Shown in pieces: positions 11,603 to 22,140 of a stretch of DNA of 64,000 nt. The translations under genes were made by a program, and so were the position numbers. The notes beneath the pieces were generated by a model. The model did not search any database and had not been told where the DNA came from. It saw only the letters and a list, made by a program, of their open reading frames with translations. Source of the DNA: Nymphaea colorata (Eukaryota); the NCBI RefSeq assembly GCF_008831285.2, contig NC_045138.2:6572001-6636000 (forward strand), read 5' to 3'. The number at the start of each line of letters is the position of its first letter. Position 1 is the stretch's first letter.

Positions 11603-14600
11603 ATGGCGGGAGTAATAGGTGCTCTTGCAGAGACAACTATTTCCAATCTGTTGGGCGCTGTCAACAATTTGTTGAAAGAGAAGGCGGATGTTATCTTGAA
11701 TGCCAATGATGATCTAAAGAACCTACAGGAGAAGCTGAAATTTTATCAAAAGGTCATCAAAGATGCAGATTGCAAGCCCTTTTTAAGCAGCGAGCGTGAC
11801 AAAGAGCTAGAGGGAGATTTCAAGGATGTTCTTTATGATGCCGAGGACATCATCGAAGAATATCGAAGCAAAATTGAGGTCACCAAGAAGGATAATGGTT
11901 CTACTTCAACGAACAAGGTATTTAAGTGCTTTGATGAACATGCTTCTTTTCCCTTGCAACTTGGCAACGAAATCAAAAAAATCAATGAAAGGCTTGATGA
12001 AATAAAAAAGAATTGGGACATGGATCTGCTCAAACCAAAACTAAAAGAGAGTAGCCAAGACCATATTGGTGGAGAAGATGACAACCCCGGAGAGACAACC
12101 CATCACATAGGTGCACAACCACCCATAGGCAGGGAGAATGATAAAAGGGTGATAGTAGAAAAACTCTTGTCCAATGGCTCAGGAGAGAGTTATGTTTCTA
12201 TTATCTCTATTGTAGGAGAAGGGGGGATCGGCAAGACTACTCTTGCAAAAATGGTCTTCAATGAAGTCGAACAACAGTTTGGGAAACGCAGGTGGTGGGT
12301 TTGCATTTCTGAGAGGCCAAATCGTATGGATTTATTGCGGAAAATACTGAAGGAAGTGTGCAAGGAATCTAAAGCAAGACTTGATACTTCTTCGGTTGAC
12401 TTGTGCTATGAAATACGGACAGAGCTCAGGAGGGAAAGATTTTTGCTGGTCTTAGATGACGTATGGGAACTCGATTGGTGGCAGGGAGAGGTAGAGAACA
12501 CTCTCACGAGCGTTGCAACGGGGAGCAAGATTTTGATCACTAGTCGAAATATAAATGTATCCGAAGGGGTCGGAGCTTTATATATGCATAGATTGCCAAT
12601 ATTGCCAGAAGATGAGAGTTGGAATTTGTTTTTGAACAAGGCAGTGAGGACCGAAAATGATTTGGCGAGCCACAATTTGCAAGATATTGCAAAAAAAATA
12701 GTCAAGAAGTGTGGTGGGTTGCCACTTCTGATCCAAACAATTGGTTCCTTAATGCAAACGAAAAGCATGGAAAAAGCAGAGTGGAAGGTGATTGCGGATA
12801 GTGTGATTTGGGAATGGAAGATGCCTGCCTCATCCTCTTTCTCTCAATATGGTAACATTCTTCCTGGTCTCATACTCAGCTACAATGACTTGCCGTCTTA
12901 TTTGAGGAGTTGTTTCGTTTATTGCAACATTTTTCCAAAGGATCAGGAGATTGAAAGGGAAGGATTGATCATGCAGTGGGTGGCACATGGATTGATTGAG
13001 GAAAAGGAAGAAGTAGGTGTGGAAGTGACAGCAAACCAATACATTGAAGATCTGATAAGGCGTTGCTTGATTGAAGAAACCCATGATAGATTTTATAGGG
13101 GTATTTATGTCAAATTGCATGACATTTTGCATGACCTTGCCTCGTACATAGGTGGAAAGGAATATAGCCATGCCTCTGCTACTGAGCACACCCGCCATCT
13201 ATCATTACTTGGTGTAGACGATGCAGAAGCAGCTATGCAATGTAACACCTCAGCAGCAGCAAATAAGCTGCGGACATTATTGTTGAGTGAATACTTGTCT
13301 TCGGTGGAATTCACCAATTTCAAGTGGTTGAGGGTGTTGTCATTTAGGGGATGTCAAATGGATGAGCTACCGAACTCCATTGAATTCCTTTTACTTCTAA
13401 AATATCTCGATCTAAGCTGGTCAGAGGTGAGACAATTGCCCAAGTCAATTGGCAAACTCTGTTACTTGCAAACATTGAATTTAAGTTATAGTAAAATTGA
13501 AGAGTTGCCTGAGGAAATGGGCAAACTGTGCAACTTGAGGTATCTTGGGCTGGAAAGAACAGATTGTTTGACATTTATTGTAGAAGGCTTGGGGAAGCTT
13601 ACCAATTTACGGACCTTGCATAGGTTTTTGATACGCGATGACAAAGGGGACACAAGAGGATGCAACATTAGAGAACTAAAAGACTTGAACAAACTGAAAG
13701 GGGAATTGTTAATAGAAGGTTTGGGTGGGGGAAGGGTGAAAGTAATTGATGCAGAGAAAGCACAGCTTAAGGAGAAGCATGAGCTAATTGGGGTGAAATT
13801 AGAGTTCAAGTTGAACTGGGATTACAAAGTGGATAGTGATTCTCAGATGGGAGAGGATGATGAAGTGGATAGTGCTTCTGAGGTGGGAGAGAATGACAAA
13901 GTGGATAGTGCTTCTGAGGTGGGAGAGGATGACAAAGTGGATAGTGCTTCTAATCAGAGGGGTTTGCTGGAGGCTTTGGAACCTCCACATGGAATAGAGA
14001 GGTTGGGAATTTGTGATTATGAAGGAGATAGGCCTGCATGGTATTTGGACACCAACTATGTGGAGCTGCAGACACTACAGCTGCGACGTTGCCCATTGTT
14101 GGCAACAGTGGTAGGAATTAAATCATTGAAAAAATTGGAAGTGTACGGATGTAATATGCTGAAGACTCTTGCTAATATGCCAACCTTGGAGTCGTTGAAA
14201 GTGAGAGATTGTGGCAGCCTAGAGCAAGTAGCTGAGATGCCTGCACTCAGGTCATTGGAGGTGGGCAGATGTACTATGCTGAAGACTCTTGGTAATATGC
14301 CGAGCTTGGAGTTGTTGAAGGTGAGAGATTGTGGCAGCCTAGAGCAAGTAGCGGAGATTCCTGCAGTTAGGTCATTGGAGGTGGGCAGATGTAATATACT
14401 CAAGACTCTTCCTAATATGCCGACCTTAGAGTCGTTGCAGGTGGATGAATGTGGCAGCCTAGAGCAAGTAGCTGAGATGCCTGCACTCAGGTCTTTGGAG
14501 GTGGCCGGAAATAATATGCTCAAGACTCTTACTAATATGCCGGCCTTGGCGTCATTGAAGGTGTTTGCGTGTGGCAGCCTAGAGCAAGTAGCTGAGATGC

Positions 14601-15352
14601 CTGCACTCAGGTCACTGAGGGTGGTCGGATGTAATATGCTGATGACTCTGGCTAATATGCCGGCCTTGGAGTCGTTGGAGGTAGGATTTTGGGATAGCCT
14701 AGAGCAAGTAGCTAAGACACCTGCACTCATGTCATTGGAGGTGGGCGGATGTAAGATGCTGAAGACTCTTACTAATATGCCGGCCTTGGAGTCGTTGAAG
14801 GTGGATGAAAGTGGCAGCCTAGAGCAAGTAGCTGAGATGCCTGTTCTTAAGTCATTGATTGTGTACAGATGTAACATGCTGAAGACTCTTGCTAATATGC
14901 CGGCCTTGGAGTCGTTGGAAGTGAGATTTTGTGGCAGCCTAGAGCAAGTACCTGAGATGCCTGCTCTCAAGTCGTTGGCTGCATACAATTGTGAGATGCT
15001 GAAGACTCTTGATAATATGCTGGCCTTGGAGTGGTTGGGGGTGTACAATTGTAATATGCTGAAGACTCTTGCTAATATGCTGGCCTTGGAGTCGTTGGAA
15101 GTGAATTATTGTGACAGCCTAGAGAAAGTAGCTGAGATGCCTGTACTCAGGAAACTGTTTGTGTACGGATCCACTATGCTGAAGACTCTTGCTATTATGC
15201 CGGCGTTAGAGTCGTTGGAGGTGAGGTATTGTGACAGCCTAGAGCAAGTAGCTGAGATGCCTGCACTCTGGTCAATGTGGGTGGAGGGATGTAATATGCT
15301 GAAGACTCTTGCTAATATGCCGTCCTTGACGTCATTGAATGTGGCAGCCTAG
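11603..15352 (+). CDS. CC-NB-ARC-LRR disease-resistance protein (NLR1), 1249 aa, C-terminally truncated by a frameshift
   Basis: Motifs seen: EDVID-like YDAEDIIEEY, P-loop GEGGIGKTT, kinase-2 LLVLDDVW, RNBS-B SKILITSR, CGGLPL, RNBS-D CFVYCNIFPKD, MHD-like LHD, then LRRs. ATG 11603 was chosen by alignment with the NLR2 and NLR3 starts. It may be a young pseudogene. Confidence 0.92.
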   Translation: MAGVIGALAETTISNLLGAVNNLLKEKADVILNANDDLKNLQEKLKFYQKVIKDADCKPFLSSERDKELEGDFKDVLYDAEDIIEEYRSKIEVTKKDNGSTSTNKVFKCFDEHASFPLQLGNEIKKINERLDEIKKNWDMDLLKPKLKESSQDHIGGEDDNPGETTHHIGAQPPIGRENDKRVIVEKLLSNGSGESYVSIISIVGEGGIGKTTLAKMVFNEVEQQFGKRRWWVCISERPNRMDLLRKILKEVCKESKARLDTSSVDLCYEIRTELRRERFLLVLDDVWELDWWQGEVENTLTSVATGSKILITSRNINVSEGVGALYMHRLPILPEDESWNLFLNKAVRTENDLASHNLQDIAKKIVKKCGGLPLLIQTIGSLMQTKSMEKAEWKVIADSVIWEWKMPASSSFSQYGNILPGLILSYNDLPSYLRSCFVYCNIFPKDQEIEREGLIMQWVAHGLIEEKEEVGVEVTANQYIEDLIRRCLIEETHDRFYRGIYVKLHDILHDLASYIGGKEYSHASATEHTRHLSLLGVDDAEAAMQCNTSAAANKLRTLLLSEYLSSVEFTNFKWLRVLSFRGCQMDELPNSIEFLLLLKYLDLSWSEVRQLPKSIGKLCYLQTLNLSYSKIEELPEEMGKLCNLRYLGLERTDCLTFIVEGLGKLTNLRTLHRFLIRDDKGDTRGCNIRELKDLNKLKGELLIEGLGGGRVKVIDAEKAQLKEKHELIGVKLEFKLNWDYKVDSDSQMGEDDEVDSASEVGENDKVDSASEVGEDDKVDSASNQRGLLEALEPPHGIERLGICDYEGDRPAWYLDTNYVELQTLQLRRCPLLATVVGIKSLKKLEVYGCNMLKTLANMPTLESLKVRDCGSLEQVAEMPALRSLEVGRCTMLKTLGNMPSLELLKVRDCGSLEQVAEIPAVRSLEVGRCNILKTLPNMPTLESLQVDECGSLEQVAEMPALRSLEVAGNNMLKTLTNMPALASLKVFACGSLEQVAEMPALRSLRVVGCNMLMTLANMPALESLEVGFWDSLEQVAKTPALMSLEVGGCKMLKTLTNMPALESLKVDESGSLEQVAEMPVLKSLIVYRCNMLKTLANMPALESLEVRFCGSLEQVPEMPALKSLAAYNCEMLKTLDNMLALEWLGVYNCNMLKTLANMLALESLEVNYCDSLEKVAEMPVLRKLFVYGSTMLKTLAIMPALESLEVRYCDSLEQVAEMPALWSMWVEGCNMLKTLANMPSLTSLNVAA
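13811..13954 (+). repeat. 36-bp (12-aa) coding tandem repeat x4 inside NLR1
   Basis: LNWDYKVDSDSQ / MGEDDEVDSASE / VGENDKVDSASE / VGEDDKVDSASN; NLR2 has a single unit. Confidence 0.9.
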
Positions 15353-15546
15353 AGCAAGTAACTGACATGCCTGCTCTCAGCTCAATGGATGTGTTCAGTT
15401 GTAATACGATGATGACTTTTGCTAATACGGCCTTGGAGTCCTTGACTGTGAGAGCTTGTGACATAGAGCAAGTACTTGAGATCCCTACACTAAGGTCATT
15501 GGAGGTGACCGGATGTAATAGGCTGAAGACTCTGGCTCACATGCCT
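14123..15546 (+). repeat. 60-bp/120-bp coding tandem array encoding about 24 LRR units of 20 aa (NLR1)
   Basis: GAAGACTCTTGCTAATATGC and AGAGCAAGTAGCTGAGATGC recur alternately at 60-bp spacing. Confidence 0.97.
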
Positions 15547-15870
15547 AACCTCATTGAACTAAAACTAGATGGGGCAGAGGTATCAACATTTCTACCCTCC
15601 CTCAAGGGTCTCTCCCAGCTGGAGAAATTGGGACTCAAAAGTTTCACTGAGGACATCAGCTTGGGAGGCCACTGGCAATGCCTCCCGAAACTGAAAGAAC
15701 TATGGCTTATGGACCTCCCCAATCTCAAGTCTCTGGTGGACGTCAATAATATTATTCCCCAACAAAATGAGACAACATGTCCTACTGATGCAAAACAGCA
15801 GATTGCGTTCCTCTCAAAGCTTGAATGCTTACGTATTTCCAGATGCCCTGCACTAGATCTGCCGCAGTAG
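15353..15870 (+). pseudogene. Out-of-frame C-terminal LRR remnant of NLR1
   Basis: ORF 15367-15870 aligns with the NLR2 C-terminus (FTEDISLGGHWQCL...ISRCPALDLPQ). It is separated from the main ORF by a 10-bp deletion and ends at TAG where NLR2 has GAG. Confidence 0.88.
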
Positions 15871-16065
15871 TTAAGAGACCATCTTGGAGAAAGGTTAGAA
15901 GAAGATGATACTCGGTTTAGTTTATAAATATTATCTTTTTGTATTTCGTTAGCTCTTTTTTGAATCATAACCCATCCCACCTTATATTTTTAAAAGTATT
16001 GCTTAAAGTATATAGCCATTAGATTGGTACTAGCATTGGTTTATGTAACAGCTATTGCAGTTTTA

Positions 16066-16463
16066 GAGGGTGTTTGAATGTCTTGAATGTTGATTTTATA
16101 ATTGAAATTGTAAAAACAAAATTATACCGCAAACTGGAATTCAAAAGAAAATTCAACTTCTAATTTTCCTTTGTATTTAATAATCTGAAATTTTGATTTT
16201 AAAATTGAAAATGATGTGCTTGATAAAACAGAAATTCAAATTCCATAATTGATGAACTACAATCTTCGTAACATGTACCTTAAGGAAAAATGAAAAAAAA
16301 TCTAGAATCATAATTCCACCTCCTAAAATACAATCTCAAGATTCTACAACGAGCAAAAAATTCTCAAATCAAAATTATTCATTTGATTACACAACACCCA
16401 TATCATCAAAAACAAGAATTCTAATTCTAGAATTCTACAATTCCGGCCTCATCAGATACTCAC
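16066..16463. mobile_element. Tourist-like (PIF/Harbinger) MITE in the NLR1 3' flank
   Basis: TTA-GAGGGTGTTTGA...TCAGATACTCAC-TTA: imperfect TIR with TTA TSD. Paralogues lie at 35567-35968 and 43549-43936 (inverted). Confidence 0.7.
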
Positions 16464-17187
16464 TTAGGCATGACAATATATCCAACTTGAATCTGATATC
16501 TTATCAAACTGTTCTGAAAAAATCGAATATGGAAACAAATTGAATATCTGATTCAGAAATCAGATCACATTCGGCTTTATGAAATGATATCCGATCGGAT
16601 TCTCTAATACATAAGATCTGATTGGATTCAGATATGGATTTAGATCACATTTATTCTAAATAAATATGCTATATCTAATGCTCTTAGATTTTGATAATTG
16701 GCTAAATTTGGTTCAAAGGGAGATATTGAAGAAAGGAGAGAGAGATTATTAAAAAGAAAGAAGGAGAGATTTTAAGAGAGAAATCCAAGAGAAGAGAGAG
16801 ATCGAAGAGAGAAAGTAACAAACGAGAGGGATAAAGATATTTTAACAGAAAAATAGAATTATGCAATCATTTTATTGCTGAATAGAAAGTATCGTACACA
16901 TGGGCCACTTAGTTGATCTATATTTGCACAAGTTACTTGATAATCTATATACGCAGTTCAGCATTATATCTTCATTTGGAACACCTTGAAATAATTTCCG
17001 GCACCGGGTTGCTGCACCGAATAGAGTAAAAACCAATCTTTTTTAGATTATTATTATTTGTTCACACTTTTTTTCTTTATTTTTTCTCTCAACTGCTGAT
17101 CCACAAAATATCAAGGGCTGAAATGTGTTTCTTATCTGTTTGGCATCTAAATGTCTTGTACCTGTCTCTCTCTCTCACTCTCTCCCT

Positions 17188-17261
<74 letters not shown>

Positions 17262-17490
17262 AGAGAGAAAGTGTGAGAGTGTGCCATTTTTTCCTAACTA
17301 TAATTAAAAAAAAAAGAGAGAAAAAGTGCAGGAGTTGCACTTTCTTTACCGAATAAAGCTTCTTGCTTCTTTCTCCTTAAGGCATACGGCTAGGTGTTTA
17401 GATGGACAAAGCAAAACTTTTACTGCATACTTGCTGTTCAGCTGTCACCTAATTTTCCTAGCTCCCCCTCTAACCATGTTTGACATCATG

Positions 17491-18502
17491 AAAACTGGTT
17501 CCTCTCTTGTGCAGCTCAATCTACTGAGACTTCACTTTCATCTCCTCATAAAAAATGAGCATATCATTATCGGCACAATTGAACTGATTATGATAAAAAT
17601 GGGTATTAGTTTCATTATTAACTGCTTAAGTGCATTAATTAATGTTTAAGGATTTATTCAAATGAGATATGCTATGGCATCTTCCACTATTAAGGCCTCT
17701 AAAGTTTGGATTACCAAATCACTGAATGCTTCTTCCGAGTTTATCAATTTAGAGATGATCATTGGAGTAAAAGTTAAACCATGTTATTAACGTAGTTTTT
17801 TATTAAAATGAATTGCTTTAAGTTAATTTTGATGATAAAACCATATTGATTACATGATTTTTACTTTTTAGCCTCATCTGAACGGGGCCATATAATTGAA
17901 ATGTGCAAACCAAAAAAGGAAGAAAAAAGAAACTAGATGAAACGATCGTCGCTCTCTCTCTCCTTCACCTCCTCTCCCTCTCTATCCCCAACCCTCTTTC
18001 TTTTTTAGAAGATTATATATGTGTTGCGTGAACAGAGTCTCAATCTAGATCGTCTACCTAACTGGAAATAATAGTTGTTTATAGGAGAACATATTCCTAA
18101 TGCTTTTACCGTTGGGTGGAAAACACAACTCATGAATTGGAATTACCATCTGTAACTCACATCAATTCAAGTCCACCATTAAAAGCAGACCTTAAAGTCT
18201 CGGATTCATATAACTAATTTGAAGGAGTCGTCTCAATGATCGACGACCGTCATGGAATATCCCTCAATGATCATGTGAGGTTAAAAGTAACAACTAGAAA
18301 ATTTTAGGTTGCTATTTTATAAAAAGGTGATCAACATGAATGCAGCTAGTGGGGACTAAAAGAGTGTGGAGGAAGTTGATTTTTTTTTCCACATTAAAAT
18401 TACTTTTTGTCCTGTTTTCTAAATTAAAAAGAGGGAGGCACTCTGTACCACTGACAAGAAAATAATGTGGTATTGCAGCTAATTAAATTAAACAGACCCA
18501 CA
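17491..18502 (+). repeat. Direct segmental duplicate of about 195-1360; partly repeated again at about 58715-59260
   Basis: Near-colinear match, e.g. AAAACTGGTTCCTCTCTTGTGCA and GGAGTCGTCTCAATGATCGACGACC. Confidence 0.9.
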
Positions 18503-18919
18503 TTGGAAAGGGTTCTTTCAAAAATATTTTGAAAAAACATGATTTTAAATGTTTTTATATATGAACATAAACATAATCATGTCATTGGTTACAAGAAAAT
18601 ATACCTCTTCCATCGTTTGGTGTGGAAGAAGAACAAATTATACGATAAGATGCTCATTCCGGTTCCTAATGGGATGATTGAAAGAAAACTAACGTAAATT
18701 GACATGCAAATGCATATTAACATGTACATATTCGTAAGGGTTTTCCTCGGGTTGGACAAGTCTCAACTTGCAAAATTAGCATAAAAAGAAAAAGTCTCAC
18801 ACCACACTCTCACTCTCATCATGCATTCACATATAATTTAGAAAAATCAAATAACTGAGCATAGATAATATCTTAAAACAAAGAAATATTCAAGGAAAGA
18901 GAGAGAGAATGACTTATTT

Positions 18920-19345
18920 ATAAAATGAAATATCATCTCATTTTCTCATGCTCCTGGTGCACTCGAATATAACCTCTTGATTCTAAAATAGAGATTAAGG
19001 GCTATCTCACTTGGCCATGAAGAGAAGAAAAAGTGAGGAAAGACAAGCATCACAGCAAGACTACATTTAAGAAAAGATAGAACATGATGCAATTATAAAA
19101 TGAAATAACATCTCCTCTCATGCTCCCGTTTCACTTAAGCATAGCTTATTGACTCTAAAATAGAGATTGAAAGTTACCTCATATAGCCATGAGGAGATGA
19201 ATAAGAGAGGAAAGAAAGTAACAAGAACAAAACTATATTAAAGAAAAGAAAGAACATGATTTGATCATAAAATGAAAGATTACTTCACTTTCTCATCCTT
19301 CCGGTGCACTCAAGAATAGCCTCTTGACTCAAAAATAGAGATTTT
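18920..19345 (+). repeat. About 175-bp tandem repeat, about 2.5 copies
   Basis: ATAAAATGAAA...AAAATAGAGATT units start near 18920, 19095 and 19267. Confidence 0.8.
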
Positions 19346-19889
19346 AAGTGGATTTGGTGTTCTCTTAAGACTTTAACTGGGTTTCAGGTTTTGTTTTAAT
19401 TTGGTTACTACTTAGTTAGAGGTCTATCTCATCTTACTTATGTTCTTTTGGAGAGTTGTTTGTGATCATAAGTGATGTTAAGTAAATGTAGATGTATGAA
19501 TGCATTGGTTCTACATGACTAAAAGAAAATAATTCATTTTTACCATTACATACATCTAAGTTTCTCATTCTTATAATTGTCATAGGTGTTTTTATAGAAA
19601 GAGAAAATTTTTTGAAAATGGAATGGGGTTGTAGTCCATCAAGTATAATTCAAATATTGGGCCATTACTTGATTTTTGGTCTTGGTGAAGTCAATAAATG
19701 AGAAGTTGAAACCTTATATCTTTGGTCAAAAATATTCAAAAGAATAGAAAAGGTGAAATACTCCCATAAAAAGAAAGAGAGAGAGAAAAAGATTTTAAGA
19801 TCACTAAATAAAAGATTTAAAAGGAGAGGGAGGTACGTATCTTTATATGTATATACATACAAGTATATATATGTATATGTACATGTATG

Positions 19890-22140
19890 CTCCTGAAAGC
19901 TTGTGAAAATGAAGTATTAACTTAAATAAAGAGGAAAAAGAAGATCTTAGAAAAAAAGAGAAAGAGAGATAGAGAAATGCACATATACATGTACATGCTA
20001 TCATACATACACATATATGAAAGTTTATATAAAGAATGTATTGATTTGACGAGAAAGAGATTTTAGAGGAAATATATATATATATATATATATTTATTTA
20101 TAAAATAAAATATTCAACTTGAAGAGAATAACAGAACATTATAAAGAGAGAAAATGAAACACATGCATGTATGCATTCATGTGTATAAGAAAATTTGTAA
20201 ATTAATATGTTGAACCATAGAGAGAGAAGGACAAAAAGAGATACTAATGTGCACGTATACATGTATAACATATATATACATATTTGTCTTCATGAAAGTT
20301 GAAATCAGTAAATGATTACAAATTGTCTGACTTCGATTTTTCTATGTAGGCTGAAGATGAACTTGGGCTCATGCAAGAGCCTAAGCAAAGTATCCAAGAC
20401 TTCATTAGAGAGGGTTCTTACTTTTGAAAATCTTTTGAAGAGCATTGATTTTAAATATTCTATATATTAATATACAACATTGTTATTTTGTTTGTTATAA
20501 GGGAATATATTTCTTCCACCGTTGGGTATGGAAGAAAATCAAACAACATAATAAGTCACTCATTAGGGTTCCTAATCTGGTGATTAAGAATGAAACTAAA
20601 CATAAGAATTATACGAAGAAGCATTTTTAACCTATACATATTCGTGAATGGCTTTCTCGGGTTGAATAAACTTCAATCTCAAAATCAACATAATAATAAC
20701 GAAGAATCCCAACCCAAACACTCATTCTCATCGTTCATTCATATATAAATGGGAAAAATCAATCAACTATACATAAATCATATCTCAAAACAAGACAACA
20801 TTCTAAAAAAGAGCACATGTTTCAATCTTAAAATGAAATCTTATTTTTCATTCTCACGCTCTTAGTGCACTCAAGAATAGGTTCTTGGCTTTGAAGAAGT
20901 GATTTGAGACCTATCTTATATGGCCATGGGAGATGAAGAAGGGAAGAAGTAACGAAAAGAAATTGAGTTGGATATTGATTACATAGGTCCAAGGAGAATG
21001 ATTTAGAAGATAATATCTTGTCGGATGACCCTAAGGTTGCATTAGGTGAAGCTCCAAGGTGATGTATATATGCTTCCAAAGTGATCTTCTTGTGCTCCCT
21101 TGAAGAGCTGAACCTTGAAGAAGCTCGCTCCCAAGGTTGGAGAAGAAGAAGAAGAGAAGAAGAGTGTAATGGAGAAAAAGAGCTAAGAGAAAACTCTAAA
21201 TCTTCAAGTAAGTGAGCACTAGAGGTTCCCCAAGGGTTAGCTTATGCTCAAGGGAGAAGATTGAGGGGATATTTATAGAATGGTTTTGGAGCCAAAACTC
21301 CAATTTTTTTTGATTTTTTTTTTTAATTTAACAATTTTTTTTGCGAATTTAAAATAATTTTGAATTATTTTAATTTTTGTTTTAAATATGTTTTGAATAA
21401 GTGAGATTGACCATTACCATTGCAGATACCTTGTTGGGGTGTGGGCAGGGCTAATGCCCACTCAAAATGGAAATGGGGCCTACGCCGTGTGCAGGCCTTG
21501 GCTCAGCCACAGGCGCACATGCACGTGGTTGCATGTGTGATCGCACGTCGCTTGGCGCATGGTCATGCGATGCAGTGGAACGCGTTTGCACACGATTCCA
21601 TATCATGCGGGTGCTCGACATCTTGTCGCGTGAAATTTTTTTAAATTAAAATAATATGAAATGAAATGAAATAAAATAAGATAAAATGAGTGAATAATAA
21701 CTAAAAAGGGCTGTTTGTATAAAAAACATAAAACCATTTTTCTTTTATTTAAAATGTGTATAAAATTGGTTTTTGTTCCAAATGGGTGGTCAACTCCGTT
21801 TTGAGTGACTCCATACTCGTTTAAAAAATGGAATGGGTTCAATTAGTCGCCAATGTGCTCTAGTGTGCGATTTAGGCTTAAACACACATTTTGGTGCGAG
21901 AACGAAACATAAAACAAAGGGAAGGTCCGTGCACAAGCGCGGCGCTCATAAATTCAAATTTTGTTCTTGATTTCAGTATTGGATTTTGAGTTTGAAATAA
22001 GCAATTGGGTCTAGACTTAGATTTTGGATCTTATTTGGACTTCAAAGTTGGATTTTGGATTTAAATCTCACGTCTAAAGTTGAGTTTTGAATTTGTGTTT
22101 GGGTGAAAAATGCAGTCTTTTCGAAAAAATTTGGGAAAAC
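19890..22140 (-). mobile_element. Large non-coding dispersed repeat, probably an LTR of an Ogre/Tat-like gypsy element (inverted copy of about 40569-42036)
   Basis: Reverse-complement similarity to 40569-42036 and 57263-58050. The family assignment is inferred from the terminus and PPT of the 40569 copy. Confidence 0.5.

Noticed and set aside
14056..15048. 330-aa antisense ORF (also 33713-34252 and other antisense ORFs over the NLRs)
   Set aside because: These are shadows of the repetitive sense-strand coding sequence, with no independent domain signal.
14123..15546. CRISPR-like look (constant blocks with variable interiors at fixed spacing)
   Set aside because: The array is in-frame coding LRR sequence in a eukaryotic gene; the variable parts are only a few codons, and there are no cas genes.
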